NCBI GenBank assembly: GCA_043228905.1
Contig: JBHGNT010000022.1
Location: 2,170,001-2,234,000 of the forward strand
Origin: Azolla caroliniana
Lineage: Eukaryota > Plantae > Polypodiophyta
Reading direction: 5' to 3'
DNA: 64,000 nucleotides
In this document: positions 36,336 through 49,824 of the stretch, one piece after another
How positions within the stretch are numbered: the stretch's first letter is position 1
How the letters are laid out: the number at the start of each line of letters is the position of its first letter
Position numbers and translations under genes: made by a program
Notes under the pieces: generated by a model
What the model was told of the DNA's origin: nothing
The model's input: only the letters and a program-made list of their open reading frames with translations
The model's database searches: none

Positions 36336-36718
36336 GAAATAAGCCCTCTTCCCCTCCTATAGGGAAGTAGATGCGGCCTAATTTCAGCATTAAATGCACT
36401 AATTTCTATTTTTCTTCAAACTCTATACCCCCCTCGAGCGTATGAATAGCTCTAGCCACTAGGCCATTTATAGGACCTTCCTTTTTTCCATTTTCCCTTT
36501 TCTACCTTTGGCCACACCACATCACAAGAACATAGGTTAAGTTGCATGCATAACTTCTCCCACCGCTTGCGTTCCCCTCCTTGTAGAACTGTGGGGTTGT
36601 TGTTAGAGCTATCGGGAAGGGATTCGAGCATATTGAAACCTCCTCCTAATTCCTCATCACCCGCTACTTGCGGGCAGATACGCTTCTAGAACGTTGCTCT
36701 ATTATTCAAAGAGTACAC

Positions 36719-39700
36719 TATTGAGGTATAGACACGTAAGAGTGTAACACGCGTCACGTTTATGCTCAATTATAATGAGGTAGTGATCGAATAAAAAAGA
36801 CCACAATGACACAATAAAGATGACACAAGATTTAACGTGGAAAAACACTCAATGAGGGAAACAACCACGGGACAAAGTCCAAAACCAATCCACTATCACC
36901 AAATAGATACAACACAAATACAAGTTCTACCTCTAGATATACTAAAGATAAGTAGAGGTATGTAGCAAAATACTACCGACAAAGATGGTACAATAATCCA
37001 AAGAAATGAGGCTAACTCACAAGCATATGAGTGAAAGAGAAGAGAGAATAAAACCTGAATAAGAAAGCCCACAAGTCGAAGTAGTAAGCGTGTAGATCTC
37101 ACGTTGAATAGTGAAGGTGGAAGGTAGATGAGTTGAGCACCAAGCTTAGCTATTTTTCCGTTCTCTCCTCTTCAACATCTCTCTCGTTTCCACACTCTCT
37201 TCTCTTTATACCTCTCAAAACAAAACGGTCGTTTTGTTTTGTTTTCCCCCTTCTTCTTCTTTTTCTTTTACACACACTAAAAAAGTAACTTACATTTACC
37301 CTTTTCAATAAATAATGTAAGGATAATAATTACTAAAGAAACAAAACGTACTACCTTCTAATAATAATAAATATTACTAATAAAAAAAAAGAACAAAATA
37401 GTGTTCGGACACATTAACAATCTCCCCCTCTGGTCACACAATGGGGAAGGATTGCTTGTGTCTCAATTCATCCATTCCGGAAAGCTTGGCACATAGCTCC
37501 TCGATTGCCAATCGTAACCAATGATACTTCACATCAATGTGTTTTGTCTATGAATGATACATTGAGTTCTTGCTTAGGTCCATTGCACTTTGACTGTCAC
37601 AAAAAACCACATAAGTTAATTGACCCAAACCCAGTTCTAAACGAAACATTTTCATCCAAAGCATTTCTTTGCCAACCTCAGTTGCCGCAATGTATTCAAC
37701 TTCCGTAGTGGACAAGCCAACACACTTCTGCAATTTGGATTGCCATGATATAGCTCCCCTTGCAAAAGTAAATAAGAAACCGGATGTAGATTTCCTACCA
37801 TCAAGATCTCCAGCCATGTCTGCATCTATAAAGCCTCCAATCATTGGTTTAGAACCCCCAATACAAATGCACAACTTAGATGTACCTCTCAAATACCTTA
37901 GAATCCATTTTACAGCATTCCAATGAGATTTACTATGGTTAGAAAAATACCTACTCATTGTACCAACTGTGTGTGCAATATCCGGTCGTGTGCCAACCAT
38001 AGCATACATTAAGGATCCAACCGCCAAGGCATAGTGAATCAATGACATTTCATCTCTTTCCTCCTCGGTATCTGGACAACATTTCCTACTCAATTTAAAG
38101 TGAGTGGCAAGAGGAGTACTTACTGGTTTCGCATGTTGCATGTTGAACCTCTCGAGGATTCTTTCTATGTACATTTCTTGTGAAAGCATACCTAAAATGT
38201 GCTTAGCATGCCCTAAATCTTTCATGTCAAAAGTCTTAGATAACTCCACTTTTAACCTATTAATCATATTTAGATCTTGCCCAACAATTAGCATATCATC
38301 AACGTACAAAAGAAGTATAATAAAATTACCAACCTCAAATTGTTTAACATACGCACAATGGTCCGCATTAGTTCTTTCATAACCTTGACTCACCATAAAA
38401 GAATCAAACTTTTTATACCATTGACGCGGTGCTTGTTTTAAGCTATAGAGACTCTTTTTTAACCTACATACCAAATGTTCTTTCCCTTTCTCTTTAAAAC
38501 CCTTTGGTTGTTCCATGTATATTTCCTCGTTTAGGTCACCCTATAAAAAGGCAGTTTTCACATCTAGTTGTTCAAGTTCAAGATTTGAACTAGCTACCAA
38601 ACCCAACACAACTCGTATTGGACTTAATTTTACAACTGGGAAGAAAATTTCGTCACAATCAATTCCTTTCACCACCAAACGAGCTTTATATTTTATAAAG
38701 TTATCATCACCCTATTTTAACTTAAACACCCACTTACTTTTCAAAGCTTTCCTACCCTTAGGAAGTTCAACTAACTCAAATGTGTTATTCTTTTTCAAAG
38801 AATTAATTTCTTCATGCATGGCCTCTACCCAACTATCTTTATCTTTAAGAGTTTGTACATCATGAAAACTTTCCGGTTCACCTTCATTATTTAGTAAAAT
38901 ATATTCAAAACTAGGATACATCCTGGATGATCATCGTTCTCTAGTAGATCTCATTAAAGGTTGATTTACCACGTCTTGTAATGGAAGTTGCTCCACCCGC
39001 TCAAGACCTATCTCTAGCAAAACAACATCATGGCTAGCATCATCTACAATCAATGGCTCACCAACATCCTCATGTTGCTCCTCTAGTTGTGAAGTACTCT
39101 CATGTGTATCATCATCCACCATAGGAATTGGATCAACATCTACTAGATCACCACTGAAGAGGAAATCGACCTTTCAACCTTGTCAATATCCTCAATGGTT
39201 TGGTCCTCGATGAACACTACGTCACGACTCCTGATAAGCTTCTTTCCCATGGGATCATAACACCTATAAACAAAATCATCTTGACCATATCCAATAAAAA
39301 AGCATTGTTTAGATTTAGCATCTAACTTTGACCTTTCATCCTTGGGTATATGTACAAAACACTTTTTTTTCCATAAAAAATATGCTCCATTGGTATTAAA
39401 ATTAACAATGCCAAAGGCAATGTACAAATTGTACATAATAGTTTCCACTCCATAATATATATCATCAAAAAAAGGACTAACCATCATCGATGGCATTTGG
39501 CAAGACTCAACCTTTGCCAGACTTAGCCTATGCTACAACAAGTTAGGATTCCATGAGACCATATATGTAGTAGAAAGTGTCTAAAACCCATCTTCAATTG
39601 GCCCTTGTTATGGCCTCTAAAAACCTTTCATGTTGCAGCCAACATTGGCTAAATGTGATTCCGCATATACTAAAGCTCTTCACTCTATCCATACTCAACA

Positions 39701-42477
39701 TATAACCAAAATCCTGCAGTCCAAGAGAATACATATCATGGTATATGTACAAACACTTACACCCAAACACACGTAAGTAATCATAAGAGACATCCCTACC
39801 ATAACACACTCTATTTGGTACATCACCTTGCAATGCAATAGTAGGAGAAAGATTAATTATGTGTGAAACTATATTCAAAGCCTCGGCCCAAAATGATTTG
39901 GGCAACTTCGCATATGAGATTAAGCACCTAAGTCTTTCAACTAGGGTTCTGTTCATTCTTTCAGTCAAACCATTTAATTGGGGAGTCTCTGGAGGGGTTC
40001 TACGATGCTTGATACCTTGCTCTCGGCAATATGCATCGAAAGATCCACAGTATTCGCCACCATTATCGGTGTGAATACATTTCAGTTTCTTCCCTATCTC
40101 TCTCTCAACAGAAACATGAAACTCTTTAAAAAGATCAAATACTTGATCTTTTGACTTCAACATTCGAACCCAAAGTTTCCTAGAATGATCATCAATGAAA
40201 GTGACAAAATAAAGTGGTCCACCTATTGACCTTACCTTCAAGGGTCCACACACATCGGAATGCACTAGCTCAAGTACACTTTCTTGTCGAAGAGAAGAAT
40301 GCTTAAAGGAAACCCTTTTAGCCTTCCCTACCAAACAATGATCACATGTATCTAATTTCACATCTTTTAAACATATCAATTCGTTTTTCTTAGCTAGATA
40401 GTCAAGTCCCCTTTCACTAATATGGGACAATCTCTTATGCCACAAATTTGAAACACCTGGATTCTCAACTGCATTGACTAAGTCACTGGAGATAGAAGCT
40501 TGCAAAAGCTATAAACCATTGTGACAACATTTATTAGCTTTAGCAACAATCATAGAAGCCTTACAAATTTTCCAGTTACCATTTTGAGACGCATGGCTAT
40601 AGCCCTCGTCATCTAATGTACCTGTGGAGATAAGATCCAATCTAATATCGGGCACATGTCGTACTTGATGTAGAATCAACTCAAATCCCATGTTTGTTTT
40701 CAAGAAAATGGTTCCTGTGCCGATTACCTTTGTGAACCCATCATTCCCCATTTTCACAATACCATAGTCACCTGGAGTGAAAGATGAGAAAAAATCCCTT
40801 CTAGACATAACATGGTGGGAGGCACCACTATCAAGAACCCAAGTGGTTGCATGGCTACTTATGTTAATTTCATTGTAACTATTACATACAACAAGTAAAT
40901 CATTAGAGGAAGCAACATTAACAGAATCAAAATTGTCATTTACATTCTTCTTATCTTTCATGTAGTTCGACACTTTATTTTCCTTCTTCCATTTGAAGCA
41001 ATATTTCTTTATGTGACCTGTCTTACCAGAAAAATGACAAACAAAATCTTTATATTTAGACCTTGACTTACTTCTACTTCTACCTTTGTTGTTTCGGCCA
41101 TCACTTCTATTTTGGCGTCTTCCTCTATTTTCAGCAACCAAAGCTTTTGAGTTTGATGTTGTTCCTTGTGTCCTCCGTTGCATTTCTTCATTTAGAATTC
41201 CACACTTCACATGTTCCATTGTCATACCTCCCTTAGGAGCCGCACTAGCTAGAGTAACCCTAAACATTTCTCATGACTCGGGAAGAGTATTTAGCAACCA
41301 TAAAGAAAGAACTTCTTCGTCAAAATTTATACCCATACTAGACAATTGATCAAAACAACCTTGAAATTCATTTAAATGATCAAAAACAGAGTTATTTTCT
41401 TTATAAGTCAAATGCATTGCTTGTTTAAGTAAAAACAACTTATTGTTACCGGTTCTAGAAGCATATAAGGTTTCTAATTAGTTTCATTCACAACATGATT
41501 CAAGACATTATCTCCTACCCATTGACGAATGAAACCACCTACTTGTTCATTTTCAAAACACCACTCATCATTTTTCTTTTCAGGTTTATTCTTTGCAAAC
41601 ACAGGTAAATGCAAATTTTTAACGAAAAGCAAATCTTTTATTTTTCCTTTCCATTTTTGATAGTTCGCGCCATTTTAAACAACCATTGTTGATGGGTTTG
41701 CCTGCATTTATAATCGAGCAAAAAACACAACCCCGCTCTGATACCACTTATTGAGGTATAGACACGTAAGAGTGTAACACGTGTCACGTTTATGCTCGAT
41801 TATAATTAGGTAGCGATCGAATAAAAAAGACCACAAAACACACACAATGACACAATAAAGATGACACAAGATTTAACATGGAAAAACCCTCAATGAAGGA
41901 AACAACCATGGGACAAAGTCCAAAACCAATCCACTTTCACCAAAGAGATACAACACAAATACAAGTTCTACCTCTAGATATACTAAAGATAAGTAGAGAT
42001 ATGTAGCAAAATACTACCGACAAAGATGGTACAATAATCCAAAGAAATGAGACTAACTCACAAGCATATGAGTGAAAGAGAAGAGAGAATAAAACCCAGA
42101 TAAGAAAGCCCACAAGTCAAAGTAGTAAGTGTGTAGATCTCACATTGAATAGTGAAGGTGGAAGGTAGATGAGTTGAGGACCAAGCTTAGCTATTTTTCC
42201 GCTCTTCTCTTCACCATCTATCTCCTTTCCACACTCTCTTCTCTTTATACCTCTCAAAACAAAACAGTCATTTTGTTCTGTTTTCCCCTTTCTTCTTCTT
42301 TTTTTTCTTTTACACACACTAAAAATGTAACTTACATTTACCCTTTTCAAGAAATAATGTAAGGCTAATAATTACTAAAGAAACAAAACGTTCATTTTGT
42401 TCTATATTACTACCTACTAATAATAATAAATATTATTAAAAGAAAAAGGAACCAAATAGTAACCGGACACATTAACA
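36719..42477 (-). mobile_element. Full-length decayed Ty1/copia (Tork/Tnt1-like), TSD TACAC
   Basis: LTRs 41749-42477 and 36719-37419. PBS TGGTATCAGAGC at 41746-41735. PPT AGGGGGAGAT. Gag/PR (WVLDSGASHH) 40509-41267, INT 39594-40505, RT/RH (LLLYVDDML, DADMAGDLDGRKSTSG) 37548-38516. Confidence 0.95.
39363..39739 (-). mobile_element. 5'-truncated LINE-like retroposed insert with A8 tail and a TSD of about 19 bp
   Basis: GGTATATGTACAAA(A)CACTT at 39345-39364 and 39740-39758. A T-run at 39363-39370 is poly(A) on the minus strand. One frame reads IC*VWIE*RALVY, resembling the L1 ORF2 C-terminal W.IW..RN..VF motif. Confidence 0.75.
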
Positions 42478-43473
42478 TACACGTTCATGATATATTCCAA
42501 CATTGTCCTATGATGGCCAATGTGCAAAAATATGCCTTGCCAGGTATTAATGATTCTTGATGTATTAGCCAAATGTTCCCAAATCAAGGTGTAGATACCG
42601 CCATGGTTTCCATCATGTCCCATTGTTGGTTCTCACATTGTCTGTCATGATCCTGGTAGAAGGTCTCCGACTTCCTTTAGGCGAGCACTATCGAGATGGT
42701 GCTCTTACAACATGATGACATCAGCACAACTACTAATAAGTAATCCTCAAGATCCCTTCTCCATTTCCATCTATTTTTTTGGTCAAGTTAGGTCTTTAGT
42801 CCCTTCACGTTCCATGTTATAACATTCATGAATATGAAAGGGGGTGGGAGATTACTAGGTGTTTAATGTTGTGCGCAGCAGCTCTTGCTTGGGGAGCAAT
42901 CATCGTTGATACCCAGTCATTTTCACTAATGAGATAGTGATCCATATCCATGAATTGAGCTTTTGGACTATTTATTGAGCTCGAGCAGACCCTTCCTATT
43001 TCCCATTAAAATAGTAAAGGCCCGGATTTATCTATATATGTGACAATCTAAAGGTGAATGTGCTAGAGGTGAGGTGAGGTTCCTCCTTGTCCATGATACA
43101 CCAAAATTCTATGTTAGTACATTCATGAGGCCTTCATCTCTTGTTCGTGTTACAAGATATGTTACTTGATTACTTAGTGTATCTTGAATCTTGGATTTGC
43201 ACCATATTTCTTGTACTATGACCAATAGTGGTCAACAGAACAAGCTCATTGTTGATCCATTAGTTTACACCGTCGAGATGTGCACCCGTAGTTTGTTGAT
43301 TGGCTTGTGCCATATTCCTAGCCATTTCAAGGCTTCATCCGGGTGTTTTCCCAATAATTGTCATTCCACTAGATCCATATCAAGTCGTGGTGGGGGAGGC
43401 TTCTAATGCCCTATGGTCTCATGTCCTTCTAGGGCCTCTCGGGGGGGGGTCTTTAGTGACTAGAATAGGGTTC

Positions 43474-46400
43474 TGTTGAGACACAAGCTCAACATTGGGT
43501 GCGTAAACGGGTGGATAACCCAATGCGCAGACTGGGTGCATAAAACCGTACGCACAACATGGCCATAGCGGTGCGTAAACTGAGATTCCGTTAGAATGTT
43601 ATTCCTCGTAAGGAATAATTTTGGGAGTAAGTGTAGGATGCTCATTTATGAGCGGTCAAGTATTGTAAGTACTTGTGTCAGCCTAACAGTCAAGCCTTGT
43701 ATAAAAGGTTCTCACTGAGCACGAAGTATTTACATAGTGTTATTTTTTCTCCATCTCTGTCTCTCACTCATTCTCTCTGTGTTCTCTACGTTTACCGAAC
43801 TGTCGTATTCCCGAACTGCATACTCAGTGTCTTACGCATATGCTTCCACACACACACGCACACGTATTCCTTTACATGGTATCAGAGCACAAGGGTTGAA
43901 ATCCTCTTCAGCCGACAAAAAAGCTTGCAATAAAGATAGAGTTGAGTTTTCCTTCTTGCTTTCGGAAAGGATAAGACAACAATATGGACAGAGGAATGGG
44001 AAACTCGCTACCGACTGAGAAGCTTGACAGGAGCAACTATGCATCTTGGTCGTACAAGATGCACCAATACCTGCTTGGTCATGGCTATTGGACTTATGTC
44101 GAAGGAGCTAATGATATAGCACCCGAATCGACACACATAGACTTTTCGTCTTGGGAACAAGCGGCAAGCAAAGTTCTTTCCTGCTTCGCATCCTATGTGA
44201 GCAACTAGCTCTTGAGCTACATTCGGGATGCCAAGACGCCAAAGGACGCATGGGCGAATCTCAAGAAGATTTTCGCCGCTAGTACAACAGCCAAGAAGCT
44301 GTATCTCAGGTAGGAGCTTAGCAATGTCCGACAAAAAGATCTGTCTGTGGTTGATTACATGGCCCGAATCAAGGAAATCTGCGACTCTATCGCCTCCATC
44401 AACGTGAACGTTGAGGAAGATGAAATGTTGCAGGTTTGTCTGGGTGGGCTAGCGTCAAAGTTCAGAGTGTTCCGAACGGCAATCTACACAAGGGAGAATA
44501 CGCCTTCATTCTTCGAGCTTCAGTCGATGTTGCTCGTGGAGGAAAATCACGCGGGTGCATTGACGAGTACGCACACCGACAGCAAGATGTTGTACACGGA
44601 GGAAGATAGGCCCCGTGGTCGTGGCAGACGAGGCGGATCGGTGCACAATGGAGGCGGCCGAAAAGAGCAGAACATGCGGCATAATAGAAATGCTGGAAGC
44701 AATTCTGAACCCTCCAGAAGCAGAGGGAGTCATGGCGGCACCCGAAGCCTGCAAGAGAAGGCCGCAATGGAATGTTGGTACTGTGGCAAGAACGGCCACA
44801 GGGAGAGCGAGTGTTGGAAGAAGAGAGCCGATTCGGACAAAGCTGGATTGAGTGGAAGAGACACAAAGAGGTGTCAAAGGTCGCACTACGCTGAGGGCTC
44901 CGAACGAGCTGGAAATGGAGTGGGCCCAGCCTTCGTAATGAAGCACAAGGCCAATTCAATGGCCGTGAACACCTCGAAACCGAGCGAGGTGTGGTATGTT
45001 GATTCCGGAGCGTCAAATCATATGACAAGCCACGAGGAATGGTTCTCGTACTTGGAGAAACCGGAAAAGCAAGGAGTGGTCGAAACCGGAGATGACACTC
45101 CGCATACCATCGAACACATCGGAGAAGTTCCCCTCAACCACATCGAGCAAAAAGGGAAACTTATGAACGTGTTGCACGTCTCAACAATAACCAAGAACCT
45201 AGTGTCGGTTGGGCAGATCATTGACCAGGGAATGCAAGTTCAATTCACGCATCTTGGGTGCTACATCGAAGAAGAAGGCAAAGTAATCGTGCAAGGGCGT
45301 TGTGAAGGGAGGATGTTCATCCTCGACACCAACCAAGCCGGAACCGCGTTGTTCGTGAAGGGACAGAAGGACGAATCGGATATCGACCTATGGCACAAGC
45401 GGTTCAGCCATGCCAACTTCCCACGGCTTCGTGAAATGCAGGTGAAGAACATTGTTTTTGGTTCGCCGAAATTTCGTGGCCAGAATGGCCAAGTCTGCGA
45501 AGCCTGCCAACTAGGGAAGCAGCACCAATTTCCATTCCCCAATGAGCGTAATCGTAGTCGAAATATGTTGGATTTGATCCATTCAAATGTGTGGGAACCG
45601 GCATAGAACGTGAGCATTGGATGAAGTCGTTACTTCGTAACTTTCATCGATGACTTCACTTGGCACACCTAGGAGAGCTTGATCGCGAAGAAGAGCGAAG
45701 TCTTTGCATGTTTCCTAAAGGTGAAAAGCCTTGCGGAAAGGGAAATAGGGCGTAAGATCAAGTGCCTACGGTCCGATGGCGGGAAGGAGTACTTCTCTGA
45801 CCAATTCACAAGTTATCTACAGAAGGAAGGAATTCAACGTGAATTCTCGTGTAGATAAACGCCGCAATAGAATGTCGTGGCCGAGCAGAAGAATCGGACA
45901 ATCGAAGAAGCAGCTAGGGCAATTCTTGAAGAGAAGCATATGTCGAAGTTTTATTGGGCTGAAGCCATGAGGACGGTTGTTTACTTGCAGAATCAGACTT
46001 CTGCTAATGGAGGAGTGTCGTTACATGAGTTGTACTTCGGAAAGAAGCCGAACTTAGAACACTTGAGGATTTTCGGCAGGATCCCGTAAGTGCATGTGCC
46101 GAAGGAGAAACGAAGGAAGTTGGATGCCAAAGCCAAAAAGTGCATCTTAGTCAGCTATTTAGACGAACAAAAGGGGTATAACTGTAATAAACCCCGAACG
46201 AAGGAAGTTCGCGTAAGCCGAGATGTCGTGTTCGACGAGTCCGCTTCGTGGTACTTTCCTTCGCCTCCAATCCCTGATGACTCCATTCCGAATTGTGAAG
46301 AAGAGGTTAGCGAGGTTGACATGCCTTCACATGATGAGGATATCGGAGCTCCAAGAGAGAGTCCGATCTCATTTCAGCTAGCAGGCCGAATGAGGCGTTG

Positions 46401-48022
46401 AGCCGATGTGGCCAACCAAATGAAAAGTCGGCAAGTAGTGGAGACTCGGTCATGTTGTCCCCGCGTAAAGAACCGAGGAGACGGTTTACTAGTTGTGGTC
46501 GACTCTTTTGTGGAATGGTGACATTTCTTGGAAGTTTCGCCTCATCAAATCATCATTTACAGTGACCACAAAAATCTTACATATTTTCAGACGGCTCGAG
46601 TGCTAAATAGGCGACAAGCTCAGTGGGCACAATTTTTAACTCGATTTGATTTCAAGATCATTTTCTGTCCAAGGAAACAACAAGGGCAAGTAGATGCTCT
46701 ATCTCGACGCTCATATTTGGCACTTCGCTCTAGAGATCCAGCTTTTGACAATCAAATTCAAGTTCTCCTTGGTCCAACAAAACTACAAGCAACCATGGTT
46801 TGTGCCACACCACTAGATTCAAGTCTTCTTGACTTCACTATTCGACAACAACTTCACTCTGATGATTTTGCTAAGGATGTCTTCGCCCACCTTGGTCCAA
46901 ATCATGCATTTTTCTCCACATTGTCAGGGGCATCTCGACGCTATAAGGAGTTCAAGTGGCAAGACAACTTGTTTTTCTACAAGAATCCCCTTTATGTCCC
47001 TGATGGATCACCACGCCTTCGAGTGTTGGAGCACTGTCATGATGCCCATATGGCCGGACACTTTGGTATTGCTAAGACCATGGAGCTAGTGAAGCAATCA
47101 TTTTGGTGGCCTCATTTACAACAATTTGTTGAATATTACGTTCGCACATGTGACACATGTTGTCGAGCTAAAATGCCTAGGCATCATCCTTATGGGTTGT
47201 TACAACCATTGCCAACTCCGAGCAAGCCATGGCAGTCAATTTCTATGGATTTCATTACAGATCTACCACCTTCATAGGGTTTTGATGTTATTTTAACCAT
47301 AGTGGATCGATTTACCAAGATGGCACGTTTCTTGCCCTACATAAAAAGCATCAGTATTCAAGAAACAACAGATATCATTATGCGTGAAGTATTTCGTCAT
47401 CATGGTCTTCCAAACGACATAATTAGTGATCGTGGTCCGCAATTCATCTCTCATTTTTGGAAGCACCTATGTGACGGGCTCCGAATCTCTTGCAAACTCT
47501 CATCAGCATATCATACCAAAACTGATGGCCAAATAGAGTGCACAAATCAAACACTTGAGCAGTATCTTCGATGTTTCATTAGTTAACAACAAGATTATTG
47601 GAGTCATATATTGCATCTTGTAGAGTTTGCATAAAATAACACCATACACTCTTCTACCAAGGTCATATATTTCAGCTAAGCGGGCCGAATGAGGGGTTGG
47701 GCCGATGTGGCCAACCAAATGAAGACCCGGCGAGTAGTGGAGACTCGGCCGTGTTGTCCCCACATAAAGAACCGAGAAGACAGTTTACTAATTTCGGCCC
47801 AATCGAAGAGGAACCTACACGGAAGAGGTCCAAATCGGCCGAAAAGGCCATGAAAATAGGTAATCACAAATTATGCCAATCTACCCACCTGAAGAACCCC
47901 GTAAAGAGGTACAGGTATAATGAGTACATGGCACATCATTATGCATACATGACGCGTGTGGCGGAAGTGCGTGAGCCGGAGAGCTACGCAAAAGCGGCGA
48001 AAGATGCAAATTGGCATGCCGC
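43474..48022 (+). mobile_element. 5' part of a Ty1/copia element (LTR 43474-43876, gag-PR-INT), cut off at the RT start
   Basis: TGTTGAG...TTTACA, then PBS TGGTATCAGAGC at 43877. Gag from 43984; CWYCGKNGHRESEC, WYVDSGAS, LWHKRFSH. Ends at EPESYAKAAKDANWHAA. Confidence 0.92.
46492..47668 (+). pseudogene. LTR-less chromovirus-like Ty3/gypsy RNase H-integrase fragment embedded in the copia element
   Basis: IYSDHKNLTYF..LNRRQAQWAQFL, HDAHMAGHFG..CDTC (H2C2 zinc site), PWQSISMDFITDLP, IISDRGPQF. Flanked by a direct repeat of about 121 bp of copia sequence. Confidence 0.9.
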
Positions 48023-49824
48023 TGTCGTGAAGATTTCCGGCTATGGTGAGAAAACCGGGAGGGGTTGTGCAACTTTGCACATGCACTTGTAAATTTGTGT
48101 AATAAGAATAAGTAGACAAAATGTAATGGGAAGGGTAATAATCTAAGGTGCTAAAGGTGCACCACGAAGTTCGTAGAGGCATAAATGTGATGTGCACTTT
48201 GTAGAGTACGAGGTGAGTAATGGGCATACTAGTATGTGTGAGTGGGAGCTAAGGCCTCATCAATCCCTCCTCCTAGAATCTAAGCAAATATCCCCATTGA
48301 ATAAAGGGGATATTTAGTCTCTCCTTTTTGTAACGGCTTTCTCTCCTTATGCTATAAAAGGAGAGGAAGGGGCACCATTGAAGGGGCCTATTTTGAGTGA
48401 GAAGAGGTATACCACTTAGGTCGAGGGTTTCTATTCGGTTTAGGGTTTCCACTCTCAGACCAGGATCGAAGATCGGTGGGGGCGGACAAGGTCCTACTAT
48501 TTTTAAAGTCGGTTGATGAAAAGGGGAGAATGGCCATTTTATCCGAACTCGAAGATGATGAAGGGGCATACGGCCTCACCGAGGATTGGAACGAGGTAGA
48601 GAGGATATGTTGATGACACGAGGAGATGCGGTTGTCCGCAACACAGCCCGCAAGCGGCGGCGAAAGGAGGATGGCGTGTGACTACGCGTCACCGCCGACG
48701 GAGGAAAGCTCACTGCGGGATGGTTCGGTGAAGCTCGACATCGAAGCCTTGGTATGGGAAGCATACGAGATCGTGAAGCCACAAATCGAAGCCGAAGAAG
48801 GGTCTACTATGGAGACGGGCCGGAGACAATCAGAGGATGCGGAGAAAGAAGAATGCCTATGCGTGGACGATGGGGCCTATGTGGAGGCCGAAAGAGCGTA
48901 CGTCAGTGACATGGGAGAGGGTGTGGAGCAAGCGACCCTCTCGTCTTGCGGTGAATGGACGGCAATGGATGAGGCCAGTGACTATGGAGCGGGGAGCCCC
49001 ACTTCGAGAGTGGGCGGAGGATTCGGGACACGGTGGCCCGAAACATCAAGTGGGGAGGAGACGAACAGTGGTGCCGGGACCTTACCCACACCAAGAGCCA
49101 GTGTGAGAGGTCCAGCCCGAGAGCCGGTGTGAGACCTAGAGTAATGAACGGTGGCGGCGGCAAGACGGGCAAACAAGACGACAGCAAGGAGATCGAGGAA
49201 GAGGAGGCGGCAAGCATAATCGAGGCTTCCGCGATCGGAGACGGGGTAGCCACGAACAACAACGTCCGGATGGAGGTGGCTACGGATATAACGAGCAATG
49301 GTGCCGGGATCCTACCCGCACCGATTCTAGAGACTCCGGCATCCGGCCCGAGAGCCAATATGAGACCTAGAGTGATGGACGGTGGCGGCAGCAAGGCGGG
49401 TGACCGAAACGAAGAGGAGAATGCGAGGCTCGGAACAGGCATATACAAAAGGACCAAAGGGGAGGCCGAGAGCAGCAACAAAGAGAGAGTCGGGAACCGA
49501 CCCGACCGGAAGGCGAACCGGGAAAAGAATGAAGCGGGGGCCGGTCAATCGGGCCCGAACCGAAGAAGAGCCGGCAAGACCGGAAGTGTTCGGCCAAACC
49601 CTTACCGGCCGGTTACGATTATGGAAGGAAGCCGACCAAACCGGAAAATGATCGGTCGGGACCGAACCGGGCAAGGACCAAGCCGGCATGATTGGAGATC
49701 GGGGAGGATGAGTCGCAACACATGGTGGGAGCCGGTGAGCGCGAGAAGGAGGCCAAGAGGGCATGACGACTACGGTTCCGTGAAAGACCGGAAATGGGCG
49801 GGACACTCCACACCTATTCTAGAG
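48023..49824 (+). mobile_element. Partial non-autonomous Trp-group element (GC-rich subfamily, related to 501-3563)
   Basis: Starts TGTCGTGAAGATTTCCGGCTAT, like the LTR start at 1131. Gag fragment VGADKVLLFLKSVDEK..LEDDEGAYGLTEDW at about 48475-48600. Acidic repeats (PAPILETPA, EIEEEEAASIIEAS). Confidence 0.75.

Larger units (their letters stand above)
36610..43440 (-). mobile_element. Degenerate L1-type LINE (ORF2 endonuclease start at 42829), split by the copia at 36719-42477
   Basis: On the minus strand: MNVITWNVKGL at 42829, QEHHLD, and NVY at the insertion point. It resumes at 36718 with ..NNRATF..LGGGFNML (GGDFN-like). The outer limits are approximate. Confidence 0.7.
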
